Shown piece by piece: positions 1 through 6,910 of a stretch of 25,260 nt of DNA. The number at the start of each line of letters is the position of its first letter. The first letter of the stretch is position 1. The position numbers and the translations under genes are program-made. Location: positions 64,001-89,260 of IMG/VR virus record IMGVR_UViG_3300023171_000010; one strand, 5' to 3'. A model generated the notes under the pieces. The model saw only the letters and a program-made list of their open reading frames with translations. It was not told the origin of the DNA and ran no database searches. This stretch comes from a virus. Its lineage: Duplodnaviria > Heunggongvirae > Uroviricota > Caudoviricetes.

Positions 1-7
1 TTCATGG

Positions 8-223
8 TTATTTACTCTCAATTGCAATGTCAATAAGCTCAGAAAGTTCACCTGGTTTTGATTTACAATCTCCCATCTTGATAAAGAAGTTGTTCCACTC
101 CTCCGTTAAGGTAGGGAAAGGTGCTCTACAAGCCTCTTCAAAAGCTACCCAACGTTTTGCATTGAGAATGTCCTGTTCGGTAGCTTTATTAGAAACTGTA
201 GCTGACTTACGTGGGGTTTTCAT
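8..223 (-). CDS. hypothetical protein, 71 aa (MKTPRK...)
   Basis: ORF in track; start moved to ATG at 223 because GAGGAG SD (gaggagagatgttATG) and a sigma70 promoter lie directly upstream. Confidence 0.8.
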   Translation of the reverse strand: MKTPRKSATVSNKATEQDILNAKRWVAFEEACRAPFPTLTEEWNNFFIKMGDCKSKPGELSELIDIAIESK

Positions 224-256
224 AACATCTCTCCTCAATATTCTGTGTGTAGGGAT

Positions 257-285
257 AGCTTAGGTGGTTTTTAGGGGTGTGTCAA
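257..285 (-). promoter_or_regulatory. sigma70-type promoter TTGACA-N17-TAAGCT
   Basis: Perfect -35 (285-280), 17-nt spacer, TAnnnT -10 (262-257); -35 overlaps the last codons of the upstream gene. Confidence 0.75.
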
Positions 286-516
286 GGTCACTATAAGCCT
301 ATTTTCTGCATAATTTCTCAAATAATCAGCAACATGTTGGGCACCTAAAGCCTCTGCATCTTCTGCACAAGAAAGGCACTCGTTGTACTTTGTTTTCTTA
401 ATAAGCTCCTTTACTTGCACTTTCCAATCTAACCACGCATCCAGGTCAAAATCACTACTGAATGCATTACGAAGTAATTGATTTTCTTGACGAAGCCTTT
501 CTAGTTCAGTCTGCAT
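271..516 (-). CDS. hypothetical protein, 81 aa (MQTELERL...)
   Basis: ORF in track; start moved to ATG 516 with SD gaggag. Confidence 0.8.
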   Translation of the reverse strand: MQTELERLRQENQLLRNAFSSDFDLDAWLDWKVQVKELIKKTKYNECLSCAEDAEALGAQHVADYLRNYAENRLIVTLTHP

Positions 517-685
517 CTTCCTTCTCCTCACTCTGTATAAAGAATTTACACCCATTCTCGTTCATATCCTTACAAGCTACAATCATGCATAAGTAGGCCT
601 GATATTTCACAAGAGCGGTTTGTAGGTAGCGTTGACATTTGTGTTTTACGGGGCAGGATGTGCCTTCGCATTTACTCAGACTCAT
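506..685 (-). CDS. small Cys-rich protein, 59 aa (MSLSKCEGTSCPVKHKCQRY...CKFFIQSEEKEDAD)
   Basis: Hand-translated, below track cut-off; fills the gap between neighbours with overlaps at both ends; C-x4-CP-x4-C-x-RY pattern recalls small phage proteins. Confidence 0.75.
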   Translation of the reverse strand: MSLSKCEGTSCPVKHKCQRYLQTALVKYQAYLCMIVACKDMNENGCKFFIQSEEKEDAD

Positions 686-890
686 AGATCACCAAAGGCT
701 TGATCACATATTCATCTTGCTCATCAAACTTTTTACCAACGAGATGTTTTAGTTTGCTTGGTGGATAACCAGTGCGTCGGCAGAATGTTCCGTGCCAACT
801 TGTCTTAGCGCCACCTGTTGTATCAAAACAGGATCCCCAGCGTTCACCTGTTTCTTTGCTAATGATTACATAGCCGTGGATATCAGTCAT
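672..890 (-). CDS. hypothetical protein, 72 aa (MTDIHGY...)
   Basis: ORF in track; start moved to ATG 890 with SD aagga. Confidence 0.75.
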   Translation of the reverse strand: MTDIHGYVIISKETGERWGSCFDTTGGAKTSWHGTFCRRTGYPPSKLKHLVGKKFDEQDEYVIKPLVIYESE

Positions 891-891
891 T

Positions 892-1146
892 TTAATTATC
901 CTTTGAACCAATTTGTAGATAGCGTTTATTAAAGTATTCTTCTGTTTCAGCTATTCGAGGGTTACCCCTCAAGTCTGTGTATTGGAAATGTTTACCACAG
1001 CCATATTCTTCGTCCGTGTTAAACTCTTCCGTTGTTACCCAACCACCTTGGTCATAATAACCACTGCCGCTAGAGTGTACAAGCACCTCCACAATAGCTC
1101 CCTGATCTTGTGTTTCAAGCCACTTGATAAAATCTTTAACCAACAT
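892..1146 (-). CDS. hypothetical protein, 84 aa
   Basis: ORF with SD gggaggt and upstream promoter. Confidence 0.8.
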   Translation of the reverse strand: MLVKDFIKWLETQDQGAIVEVLVHSSGSGYYDQGGWVTTEEFNTDEEYGCGKHFQYTDLRGNPRIAETEEYFNKRYLQIGSKDN

Positions 1147-1181
1147 TTCATACCTCCCAAATACGTTTAATTGACCAACAC

Positions 1182-1210
1182 ACTCTATCCCACAGAGAAT
1201 AGTTTTGCAA
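1182..1210 (-). promoter_or_regulatory. sigma70-type promoter TTGCAA-N17-TAGAGT
   Basis: -35 at 1210-1205, 17-nt spacer, -10 at 1187-1182, in the intergenic gap upstream of 892..1146. Confidence 0.65.
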
Positions 1211-1213
1211 GGT

Positions 1214-1247
1214 TTCTAGGGTGGATTTTACCGCATAAATCCTAGAA
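1214..1247. other. imperfect inverted repeat / hairpin (ttcta gggt ggattt taccgcat aaatcc tagaa)
   Basis: TTCTA/TAGAA and GGATTT/AAATCC arms with a 4-nt bulge; intergenic, just upstream of the -35 box. Confidence 0.5.
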
Positions 1248-1257
1248 TAATCTTGCT

Positions 1258-1440
1258 TTAGGGATTAGCTGTCAAGTACATTGCAATACCAAAGCATAAT
1301 ACAGCAAGAATCATACTTGTCAATGCTCTGGCTTCCCATTTGTGGTATGACCTGAAAGAGCTTGGTAGGTCAGTTATACACATAAAGATTAGTGAGAAGA
1401 TGAATAGGATAAGACCGATTGTCCACAAGGTTGTGATCAT
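1258..1440 (-). CDS. small membrane protein, 60 aa, two predicted TM helices
   Basis: Two hydrophobic stretches; ATGA overlap with upstream gene. Confidence 0.75.
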   Translation of the reverse strand: MITTLWTIGLILFIFSLIFMCITDLPSSFRSYHKWEARALTSMILAVLCFGIAMYLTANP

Positions 1441-1772
1441 TTTTCACTCTCTAACACTTTAATGATCAAACATTGAATCTTAGCTTTAACTTGACTGTAA
1501 TAGGCAATTTGAAGCGGTGGCAGTAAGTCAAGTATTTCTTCTGTTAAGACTAGGGCTTTTTCATCAGTTGTGGATGTTTCACTATCCAAATAATCTTTAA
1601 ATGCTTCCTCAACTGTACGATTAGACTCTGTGCCGTCATAATTCCAATCAAAATAAGCTGTAGCTAATTGATATGGATAGTCTGGTTTACTATTCCCCAC
1701 ATCCCAATCACATGTGTGGTGTTCCCATAAACGTTCTTGAAATTTGTCAATCCATTCTGCTTTGATATTCAT
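1437..1772 (-). CDS. hypothetical protein, 111 aa
   Basis: ORF in a tightly packed same-strand run. Confidence 0.8.
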   Translation of the reverse strand: MNIKAEWIDKFQERLWEHHTCDWDVGNSKPDYPYQLATAYFDWNYDGTESNRTVEEAFKDYLDSETSTTDEKALVLTEEILDLLPPLQIAYYSQVKAKIQCLIIKVLESEK

Positions 1773-1775
1773 TTA

Positions 1776-2051
1776 TCACCCTGCGTAGTAGGTTAGTGGT
1801 GCAGATGTTGCACGTTTATCCATGACAATCATGTCACCAAAATCAATATATTCAGTAAACCACAGCCAGCTTAGATTGTATTGTTTAAAATAACTTTCAT
1901 GTGCCTTGTTCATCACAATAACACAATGCTCTGTATTAAACCAAGAGGGAAGGCCAAGTGTCTTGATAAGTTCGTCTGCAGGAGGTTTTTGATATTCCTC
2001 AAGTAATGCAAGTATACCTCTAAGCTGAGATTGTTGTCCTTGTGTTATCAT
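1776..2051 (-). CDS. hypothetical protein, 91 aa
   Basis: ORF with SD ggag; ATGA overlap. Confidence 0.8.
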   Translation of the reverse strand: MITQGQQSQLRGILALLEEYQKPPADELIKTLGLPSWFNTEHCVIVMNKAHESYFKQYNLSWLWFTEYIDFGDMIVMDKRATSAPLTYYAG

Positions 2052-2239
2052 AGTTTCTCCAAAATATTTTCATAATACCACAAATAATCGTAAGCTCCTA
2101 AGTGAGCTTCCTTTGTCACATCATCGTCATGAAGTTTTCTGTCAATAGCTTGTTGAAGGGTGTGAGTAGAATAGCCTTCATAAACGTGTTGCTCTGCATC
2201 TAAAAGAGCTAAGAACCACTGAGATTTCTTGTGTGCCAT
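2048..2239 (-). CDS. hypothetical protein, 63 aa
   Basis: ORF in packed run, SD ggag. Confidence 0.75.
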   Translation of the reverse strand: MAHKKSQWFLALLDAEQHVYEGYSTHTLQQAIDRKLHDDDVTKEAHLGAYDYLWYYENILEKL

Positions 2240-2242
2240 GTG

Positions 2243-2497
2243 TCACTCCGGTTTATCAGGAAGTGGTATCCAATGTGTCACTACAGGACGATTACAAAAG
2301 CCTGGACCATCTGCAACAGTTTCGACAAATTCGCAATGATCTTCAATGCTCAACCAGAAACCACCATTTTCATCAAAACAATCTCCTTGCCAGCGATCAA
2401 TCTCAATGGTGAAGTCTTCATCACCGGCATACAAGACATAAATTAAGCAGTCTTGGTTATTCTCGGGCTTCTTTTCTTTGATATTAAACCAAGTCAT
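2243..2497 (-). CDS. DUF551-like phage protein, 84 aa
   Basis: N-terminal W-x3-KEKKPE and C-terminal VTHWIPLPDKPE match the DUF551 pattern. Confidence 0.75.
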   Translation of the reverse strand: MTWFNIKEKKPENNQDCLIYVLYAGDEDFTIEIDRWQGDCFDENGGFWLSIEDHCEFVETVADGPGFCNRPVVTHWIPLPDKPE

Positions 2498-2501
2498 TTT
2501 C

Positions 2502-2759
2502 TTAAGCCCCTTTAACTATTTCAAAATAAGAATCTTGCCAATCAATAATTTCCAGTTTATTAAGTGCGATCAAAGCACATTGACGATCTATTCTATTTGG
2601 ACCAACACGAATTCCAATTGCATGTTTTCCACCAAAATCTTCACCAAAATCACAACATGCAACACCTTCCTCGTAACCTTCGCAAAACATTACGTCATCC
2701 TTAAACTCAGGATTGATAGCAATCCTAATTGGTATATTTGTTAGGTCGATGTCTTTCAT
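2502..2759 (-). CDS. hypothetical protein, 85 aa
   Basis: ORF in track; ATG 2759 overlaps the upstream TGA (ATGA), SD gaggtg. Confidence 0.75.
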   Translation of the reverse strand: MKDIDLTNIPIRIAINPEFKDDVMFCEGYEEGVACCDFGEDFGGKHAIGIRVGPNRIDRQCALIALNKLEIIDWQDSYFEIVKGA

Positions 2760-2950
2760 TTCCACACCTCACAGAATTCAACTTCATCTACCCAATATTC
2801 AATATCAGATGTCTGGTAATTCCCTTGCATACTCTGTGCTGCGATGCTAGCTGTCTCTTCAGTGGAATAGGTGCCTACGTTTGAACGAGAGTAGCGAGTC
2901 CCTGTCCATTCATCACAGACAACTACGTATAGATTTTCTGGTGCTTTCAT
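2756..2950 (-). CDS. hypothetical protein, 64 aa
   Basis: ORF with SD gaggag. Confidence 0.8.
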   Translation of the reverse strand: MKAPENLYVVVCDEWTGTRYSRSNVGTYSTEETASIAAQSMQGNYQTSDIEYWVDEVEFCEVWK

Positions 2951-2961
2951 TTGTCAACTCC

Positions 2962-3122
2962 TCAATAAAAACTGTCACGATAACTATCAATTTCCTGCTG
3001 TACATATTCTTGATATTCTTCATCAAGGTCACGCATTTGCTGATAGTATTCTTTGTCAGAAATTAGTCCATCAATATGATCTGTTGAATTTGTTCTAATG
3101 CTTTGTCATACCAGCTGTTCAT
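2962..3122 (-). pseudogene. small acidic protein gene broken by an apparent 1-bp deletion (restored ~53 aa: MNSWYDKALEQIQ(Q)DHIDGLISDKEYYQQMRDLDEEY...DSFY)
   Basis: ATG 3122 couples to the upstream stop but its frame ends after 19 codons; the -1 frame from ~3080 is open to a TGA at 2962, just before the next SD; 161 bp is one base short of 54 codons. Confidence 0.55.
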
Positions 3123-3274
3123 AGTTCCACTCCGACAATTCTCAGTTTAAATTTATTCACTTCCCATTCATCGTAAGGCAAGAAATGATAGCCTGTTTCT
3201 TTGCTCCACACAAGCAATATTTTGTCAATGATCCTTTGGGATGTGTATTCTGTGAAGTTTTCTAGGTTGTGCAT
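3119..3274 (-). CDS. hypothetical protein, 51 aa (MHNLENFTEYTSQRIIDKILLVWSKETGYHFLPY...)
   Basis: Hand-translated; SD ggag; overlaps the PcfJ-like gene end and the next start. Confidence 0.7.
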   Translation of the reverse strand: MHNLENFTEYTSQRIIDKILLVWSKETGYHFLPYDEWEVNKFKLRIVGVEL

Positions 3275-4416
3275 TTATTAAGCTCCAAAAGAAGTATATT
3301 AGGAATAGCTTTCTCATCTTCATCTTGAATGTGTGCATTGCAGTATCCATAATGCTGATTGAAAGACCACTTAGGGTCTTCACCTGTGACAAACATCTGA
3401 TTAAAAGCAACAGTACTTGAACGTTTACCGTCCCTAGTAATCGAATAGACAAGATACCTACCTTGACGTACAGAATCAACATAACCACCAACACAATGGT
3501 GCATAGCTTGACCTTCTCCATGCACTAAAGATGCACTGTCTAGGAGAGTTGCTAGATAGCCTTTGTGCTCTACCTCTTTAACGCTAAAGTCTTTTAAACA
3601 GTTGAAAGGCTCCGGTGAGTATCGTTTTAGATTGACAAGCTTTACATACTCAGTGTGTTTTTCTTTCATCTTGTCGATTGACCAGTTATGATTAAAAGAC
3701 TTACCAAGTTCTTCAGACATTCTCTTAGTGTCTTCATATGTACGCGCCAGTAAAACTTGTTCTCTATTATTTCGTACAAAGTTCTTGCTGTTCAACTGCT
3801 TATTATCAAACAACCACTTTGTAGAAGCTGTCCACTGAAAATGGCAATTACCACCTTTCTTCAACATGTAGCTTGGCAATTCCAGTGCAGTTTGAATATT
3901 ATTTTCACCATATCGAAAACGTTTAGCACCAGAAGCTAGAAACTTGTTACGTGTCATGGATTGCTTACAAATCTTTTTCCACACACTTTTACCAAAGTCT
4001 TCTTTCAATCCTTGTGGATGATCTTCTTTTTCCAAGATCCATGGAACGATATTGTAGATACCATCCCTCTTAGCCTGTTCAACAATTTCCAGGTTGATCC
4101 AAATCTTCTTGATCATCCAAGGATTTAGCTTTTTACGGCTGTTGTAGGCAAAACGGTTTGCATGCTCTTTGATCGGGTCAACCCATACATTCATCATCAA
4201 AGCATTGAAAACTTTCTTGAATTTAGCTGGTGTGATTCCATATTTGTCACTGAATGCACGAGCCCAACGAACGTTTCCAGAGGACTCAAAGAATCCCATA
4301 ATAGAACGAACGTCAGTGGCTTTGTTAAGCATCTGAAATGAATTGAACTCTACACCAGCAAAGCTGATGGACTTGATTTTCCTGTTTACTACGAATTCAT
4401 TTGTAAAGGGTTTCAT
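3262..4416 (-). CDS. PcfJ-like domain protein, 384 aa
   Basis: C-terminal L-x2-EG-x2-MHHCVGGY-x4-RQGRYLVYSI...STV pattern typical of PcfJ-like proteins; SD aggag. Confidence 0.8.
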   Translation of the reverse strand: MKPFTNEFVVNRKIKSISFAGVEFNSFQMLNKATDVRSIMGFFESSGNVRWARAFSDKYGITPAKFKKVFNALMMNVWVDPIKEHANRFAYNSRKKLNPWMIKKIWINLEIVEQAKRDGIYNIVPWILEKEDHPQGLKEDFGKSVWKKICKQSMTRNKFLASGAKRFRYGENNIQTALELPSYMLKKGGNCHFQWTASTKWLFDNKQLNSKNFVRNNREQVLLARTYEDTKRMSEELGKSFNHNWSIDKMKEKHTEYVKLVNLKRYSPEPFNCLKDFSVKEVEHKGYLATLLDSASLVHGEGQAMHHCVGGYVDSVRQGRYLVYSITRDGKRSSTVAFNQMFVTGEDPKWSFNQHYGYCNAHIQDEDEKAIPNILLLELNKCTT

Positions 4417-4429
4417 TAAATTCTCCTAT

Positions 4430-5713
4430 TTATGCCAAGATTTTACTTTCTTGAAGCACATTAGCATCCTTCCAAGACATTTTCAAGGGGATTAATGAGG
4501 TAATCTCAAATTCTTCACGGAAAGAATCTCCCATTGCATTCTCTAGAAAGCCTACGTCTGACATTTTCACCACAAAACTATCATGAATAGGTAAGATTGG
4601 CTTCATTTCATCAACAAATTTCTCAATTACCCGCTGTGCAAGATACGAATCGGCATTCTGTAGGGCTAGACCAAAAGAATCATCCCGGCAATAACAAGGA
4701 ATGAAGTCAGGCGTCATACTATAAATGTGTTCCCTCACCTCTTTACCTGTATTCAAGCTTTTGTCAATAACCCAACCTTGTGTTTTGAACTTCACAATCT
4801 CTCTATTAATTGCACGATCAGCACTATCTGTTGTTTTAGAGTTAAACAGAATATTAATTGATAACTTAATCAGTTCACGGTGATCATCATTTTGCAATCG
4901 TTCTGGTAGAATATCCATATACACATCTAGTGGTAGATTCTCCATACTAATCTGTTCCATCAGGCTTGCAATCCTGTAGTGCAAGTTAGAGAAATCAATC
5001 TCCACAACCTGCTCTCCATTGATTGTAATATCAAGTCGAGCTTTAGTTTTCTTATGTTTAATCTTTAAAGCATCAGAATGGAAGTAACGACCACCATGTT
5101 CAAAATCCTTGTTGAAAATACGTGAATAGATATTAGTCATTACATTACCTCCGCCATCACGAATATCATGTAACTCATTAATCTTATTAAGTTTTTCTAC
5201 AATCTTACGCGCATTCTTAATGTTCTTGTTGTCTTGATAGTCAATAGCTTTACCATATTCATTGCGAAGAATGATCGTTTGAAGGCTAGCATTATAAGCT
5301 GCAATAGCGCTCTGCACCTCCTCATCCTTGGAGCAAAACTCAGCAATAAAAGCTTCAGATGGCGTGATGTAAGACATTATTCTCTTTTCCTTATCTACGT
5401 GACCTTTACCCACGAAGTTGTAAATGTAGCCTAAATCTTCAAGGGTGTCAATGCATTTCAGTAGACGATGGGTTTGTATGCCACGTCTGTTATATTTGGT
5501 TCTTTTTGTGCTATGATTATTCTTATCTCTTGAGTATAGAAGCTTCTCCTGTCTCTTCACACAAGATATGAGATTCATTACAATCACAGCAGATAACTCT
5601 TTATCCATTATCTTATTTATATGTCTGATCTTATTCATAACAGAAGTAGATACATTGATATTGTATGTCAATAATCTACTCTTAAGACTATACTCTTCCT
5701 CATTCTCTAACAC
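4430..5713 (-). CDS. minimal PolA / T7-RNA-polymerase superfamily protein (TV-Pol-like), 427 aa, no exonuclease domain
   Basis: Motifs in correct order: HGGRYF (R209), VEIDFSNLHYR (D240), RELIK (R279/K283), PIHDSF (H377/D378); GTG start with SD agggag. Confidence 0.75.
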   Translation of the reverse strand: MLENEEEYSLKSRLLTYNINVSTSVMNKIRHINKIMDKELSAVIVMNLISCVKRQEKLLYSRDKNNHSTKRTKYNRRGIQTHRLLKCIDTLEDLGYIYNFVGKGHVDKEKRIMSYITPSEAFIAEFCSKDEEVQSAIAAYNASLQTIILRNEYGKAIDYQDNKNIKNARKIVEKLNKINELHDIRDGGGNVMTNIYSRIFNKDFEHGGRYFHSDALKIKHKKTKARLDITINGEQVVEIDFSNLHYRIASLMEQISMENLPLDVYMDILPERLQNDDHRELIKLSINILFNSKTTDSADRAINREIVKFKTQGWVIDKSLNTGKEVREHIYSMTPDFIPCYCRDDSFGLALQNADSYLAQRVIEKFVDEMKPILPIHDSFVVKMSDVGFLENAMGDSFREEFEITSLIPLKMSWKDANVLQESKILA

Positions 5714-5833
5714 TATTCCACTCCCTAGTCCCTCTTCTGTTCATATAAGTACAAATTTGATAGTAAGGTCAAGTAATACGTGGCATACAGAGGATTCCCG
5801 TAAGCCATTCTCCTTATTAATTTATTGATTGCT

Positions 5834-5905
5834 CTAACTCCAATATTGAAGAACAGCACCAAGACAAACACCAATTAGGAATACCATCACATAGTCAATC
5901 TTCAT
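5834..5905 (-). CDS. putative 23-aa single-TM micropeptide (MKIDYVMVFLIGVCLGAVLQYWS)
   Basis: Hand-translated; SD ggggag 7 nt upstream; overlaps upstream stop; one hydrophobic helix. Confidence 0.5.
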   Translation of the reverse strand: MKIDYVMVFLIGVCLGAVLQYWS

Positions 5906-6176
5906 TGTAAAACTCCCCATATTCCCCAACGTATGTGCAAGGGTATGAGCCACGTACAGATTTGTCAACAATATTGTAATGAGCTGAACACCATGAATTC
6001 CTGTGTGCCGGAGTCGTCTTGACGTAGACTAATTCAGGCACAGTAAAATGTGTAACGTCCACACCGTACTCCTTCAAGGCACACAGGAATTCTTCCACGC
6101 TGTGGTGTCCTTTGCTACGATAAATCTGCTCGTTGTCTGTGTGGCATGGTTCGATTACCAATTCATATTTCTTCAT
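5895..6176 (-). CDS. hypothetical protein, 93 aa (MKKYELVIEPCHT...)
   Basis: ORF in track; start moved to ATG 6176 within the repeated SD cassette, just downstream of a promoter. Confidence 0.8.
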   Translation of the reverse strand: MKKYELVIEPCHTDNEQIYRSKGHHSVEEFLCALKEYGVDVTHFTVPELVYVKTTPAHRNSWCSAHYNIVDKSVRGSYPCTYVGEYGEFYNED

Positions 6177-6196
6177 CACATCTGTCCTCATCAATT
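6170..6196 (-). repeat. 27-bp SD/start cassette, copy A (aattgatgaggacagatgtgATGaaga)
   Basis: 26/27 identical, in inverted orientation, to 6627-6653. Confidence 0.85.
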
Positions 6197-6211
6197 TATC
6201 CAACAGCACTC

Positions 6212-6240
6212 ATACTACCCAACAAATCCACAGGAGTCAA
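6212..6240 (-). promoter_or_regulatory. sigma70-type promoter TTGACT-N17-TAGTAT (leftward arm)
   Basis: -35 at 6240-6235, -10 at 6217-6212. Confidence 0.8.
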
Positions 6241-6275
6241 GAGAGAATTTAGAGAAATTATTTTGCATGGGGGTG

Positions 6276-6304
6276 TTGACAGCTATGGGGATGGGGTGTA
6301 ATCT
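6276..6304 (+). promoter_or_regulatory. sigma70-type promoter TTGACA-N17-TAATCT (rightward arm)
   Basis: -35 at 6276-6281, -10 at 6299-6304. Confidence 0.8.
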
Positions 6305-6342
6305 TGGTCTACGTTAATCACAAACCTAATGAGGGAACAAAA

Positions 6343-6576
6343 ATGAAATGGTCAAGAGAATACGTTTGGTCTAAAGTACTTGAATTGATTCCTTATGCAA
6401 AAGAAGCTAGCATGAATCTACCGGAGGCTTTGAAATCCTCTGCTATCCAATTGTTCTTGTTAGACGAAGGCCCTTATAGTGGCAGCTATCGCGCTTATGT
6501 AATCAGTGAAGCCTTGAAGGAACTGCACGAAGTAGGCCATTTTACTTTTGGTGATGTCTCCGAGGACTGGCTTTAA
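6343..6576 (+). CDS. hypothetical protein, 77 aa (MKWSREY...)
   Basis: ORF in track; start moved to ATG 6343 with SD gaggg. Confidence 0.8.
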   Translation: MKWSREYVWSKVLELIPYAKEASMNLPEALKSSAIQLFLLDEGPYSGSYRAYVISEALKELHEVGHFTFGDVSEDWL

Positions 6577-6581
6577 TTGAC

Positions 6582-6610
6582 TTGACTGCACAGAATTTTA
6601 CGAGTATTAT
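6582..6610 (+). promoter_or_regulatory. sigma70-type promoter TTGACT-N17-TATTAT
   Basis: -35 at 6582-6587, -10 at 6605-6610, intergenic. Confidence 0.8.
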
Positions 6611-6626
6611 TGATCGTATTGAAATT

Positions 6627-6653
6627 AATTGATGAGGAGAGATGTGATGAAGA
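6627..6653 (+). repeat. 27-bp SD/start cassette, copy B (aattgatgaggagagatgtgATGaaga)
   Basis: Inverted near-identical copy of 6170-6196; core tgaggagagatgt also at 225-237 on the minus strand. Confidence 0.85.
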
Positions 6654-6910
6654 TTGAATCAGGCTATGATAAAGTTTGGCAGGCAGGCTGTAGAGAATGT
6701 AACTATCTAAACTTTGGTTGTGGACATCATGAAGAAAAGCCAACGGAATGTGCTGAATTGTCTTTGAAGGTTGATGCTCGGATTAAGGAGCTTGAAGACA
6801 TGCTTTCTCGTCTGGTAAAAGAAAATGATCTGGCTATGCCAAATGAAAACTATCAGTGGATGTATTCACCAATGCGTGTAGAATGCTTGAAAGTATTGGA
6901 GGGTAAATAA
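6647..6910 (+). CDS. hypothetical protein, 87 aa (CRECNYL...CGHH...C, possible Zn site plus coiled coil)
   Basis: ORF in track; ATG 6647 after SD gaggag. Confidence 0.8.
   Translation: MKIESGYDKVWQAGCRECNYLNFGCGHHEEKPTECAELSLKVDARIKELEDMLSRLVKENDLAMPNENYQWMYSPMRVECLKVLEGK

Noticed and set aside
8-238. Shared N-terminus MRRDVMK of ORFs 8..238 and 6629..6910 as protein paralogy
   Set aside because: It is the translated SD cassette upstream of the true ATG; downstream proteins are unrelated
632-660. Plus-strand TTGACA as an antisense promoter
   Set aside because: No acceptable -10 at 17+/-1 nt (best is CAGGAT at 16); lies inside a coding region
570-671. 33-aa ORF MRRHILPRK... starting right after the upstream stop
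   Set aside because: The overlapping frame 506..685 gives a better Cys-patterned protein that fills the whole gap
3225-3521. 98-aa same-strand alternative-frame ORF over the PcfJ-like gene
   Set aside because: Nested in a longer motif-bearing gene; no SD
6269-6335. G-tracts around the rightward promoter as a G-quadruplex
   Set aside because: Only three close tracts; the fourth is ~36 nt away
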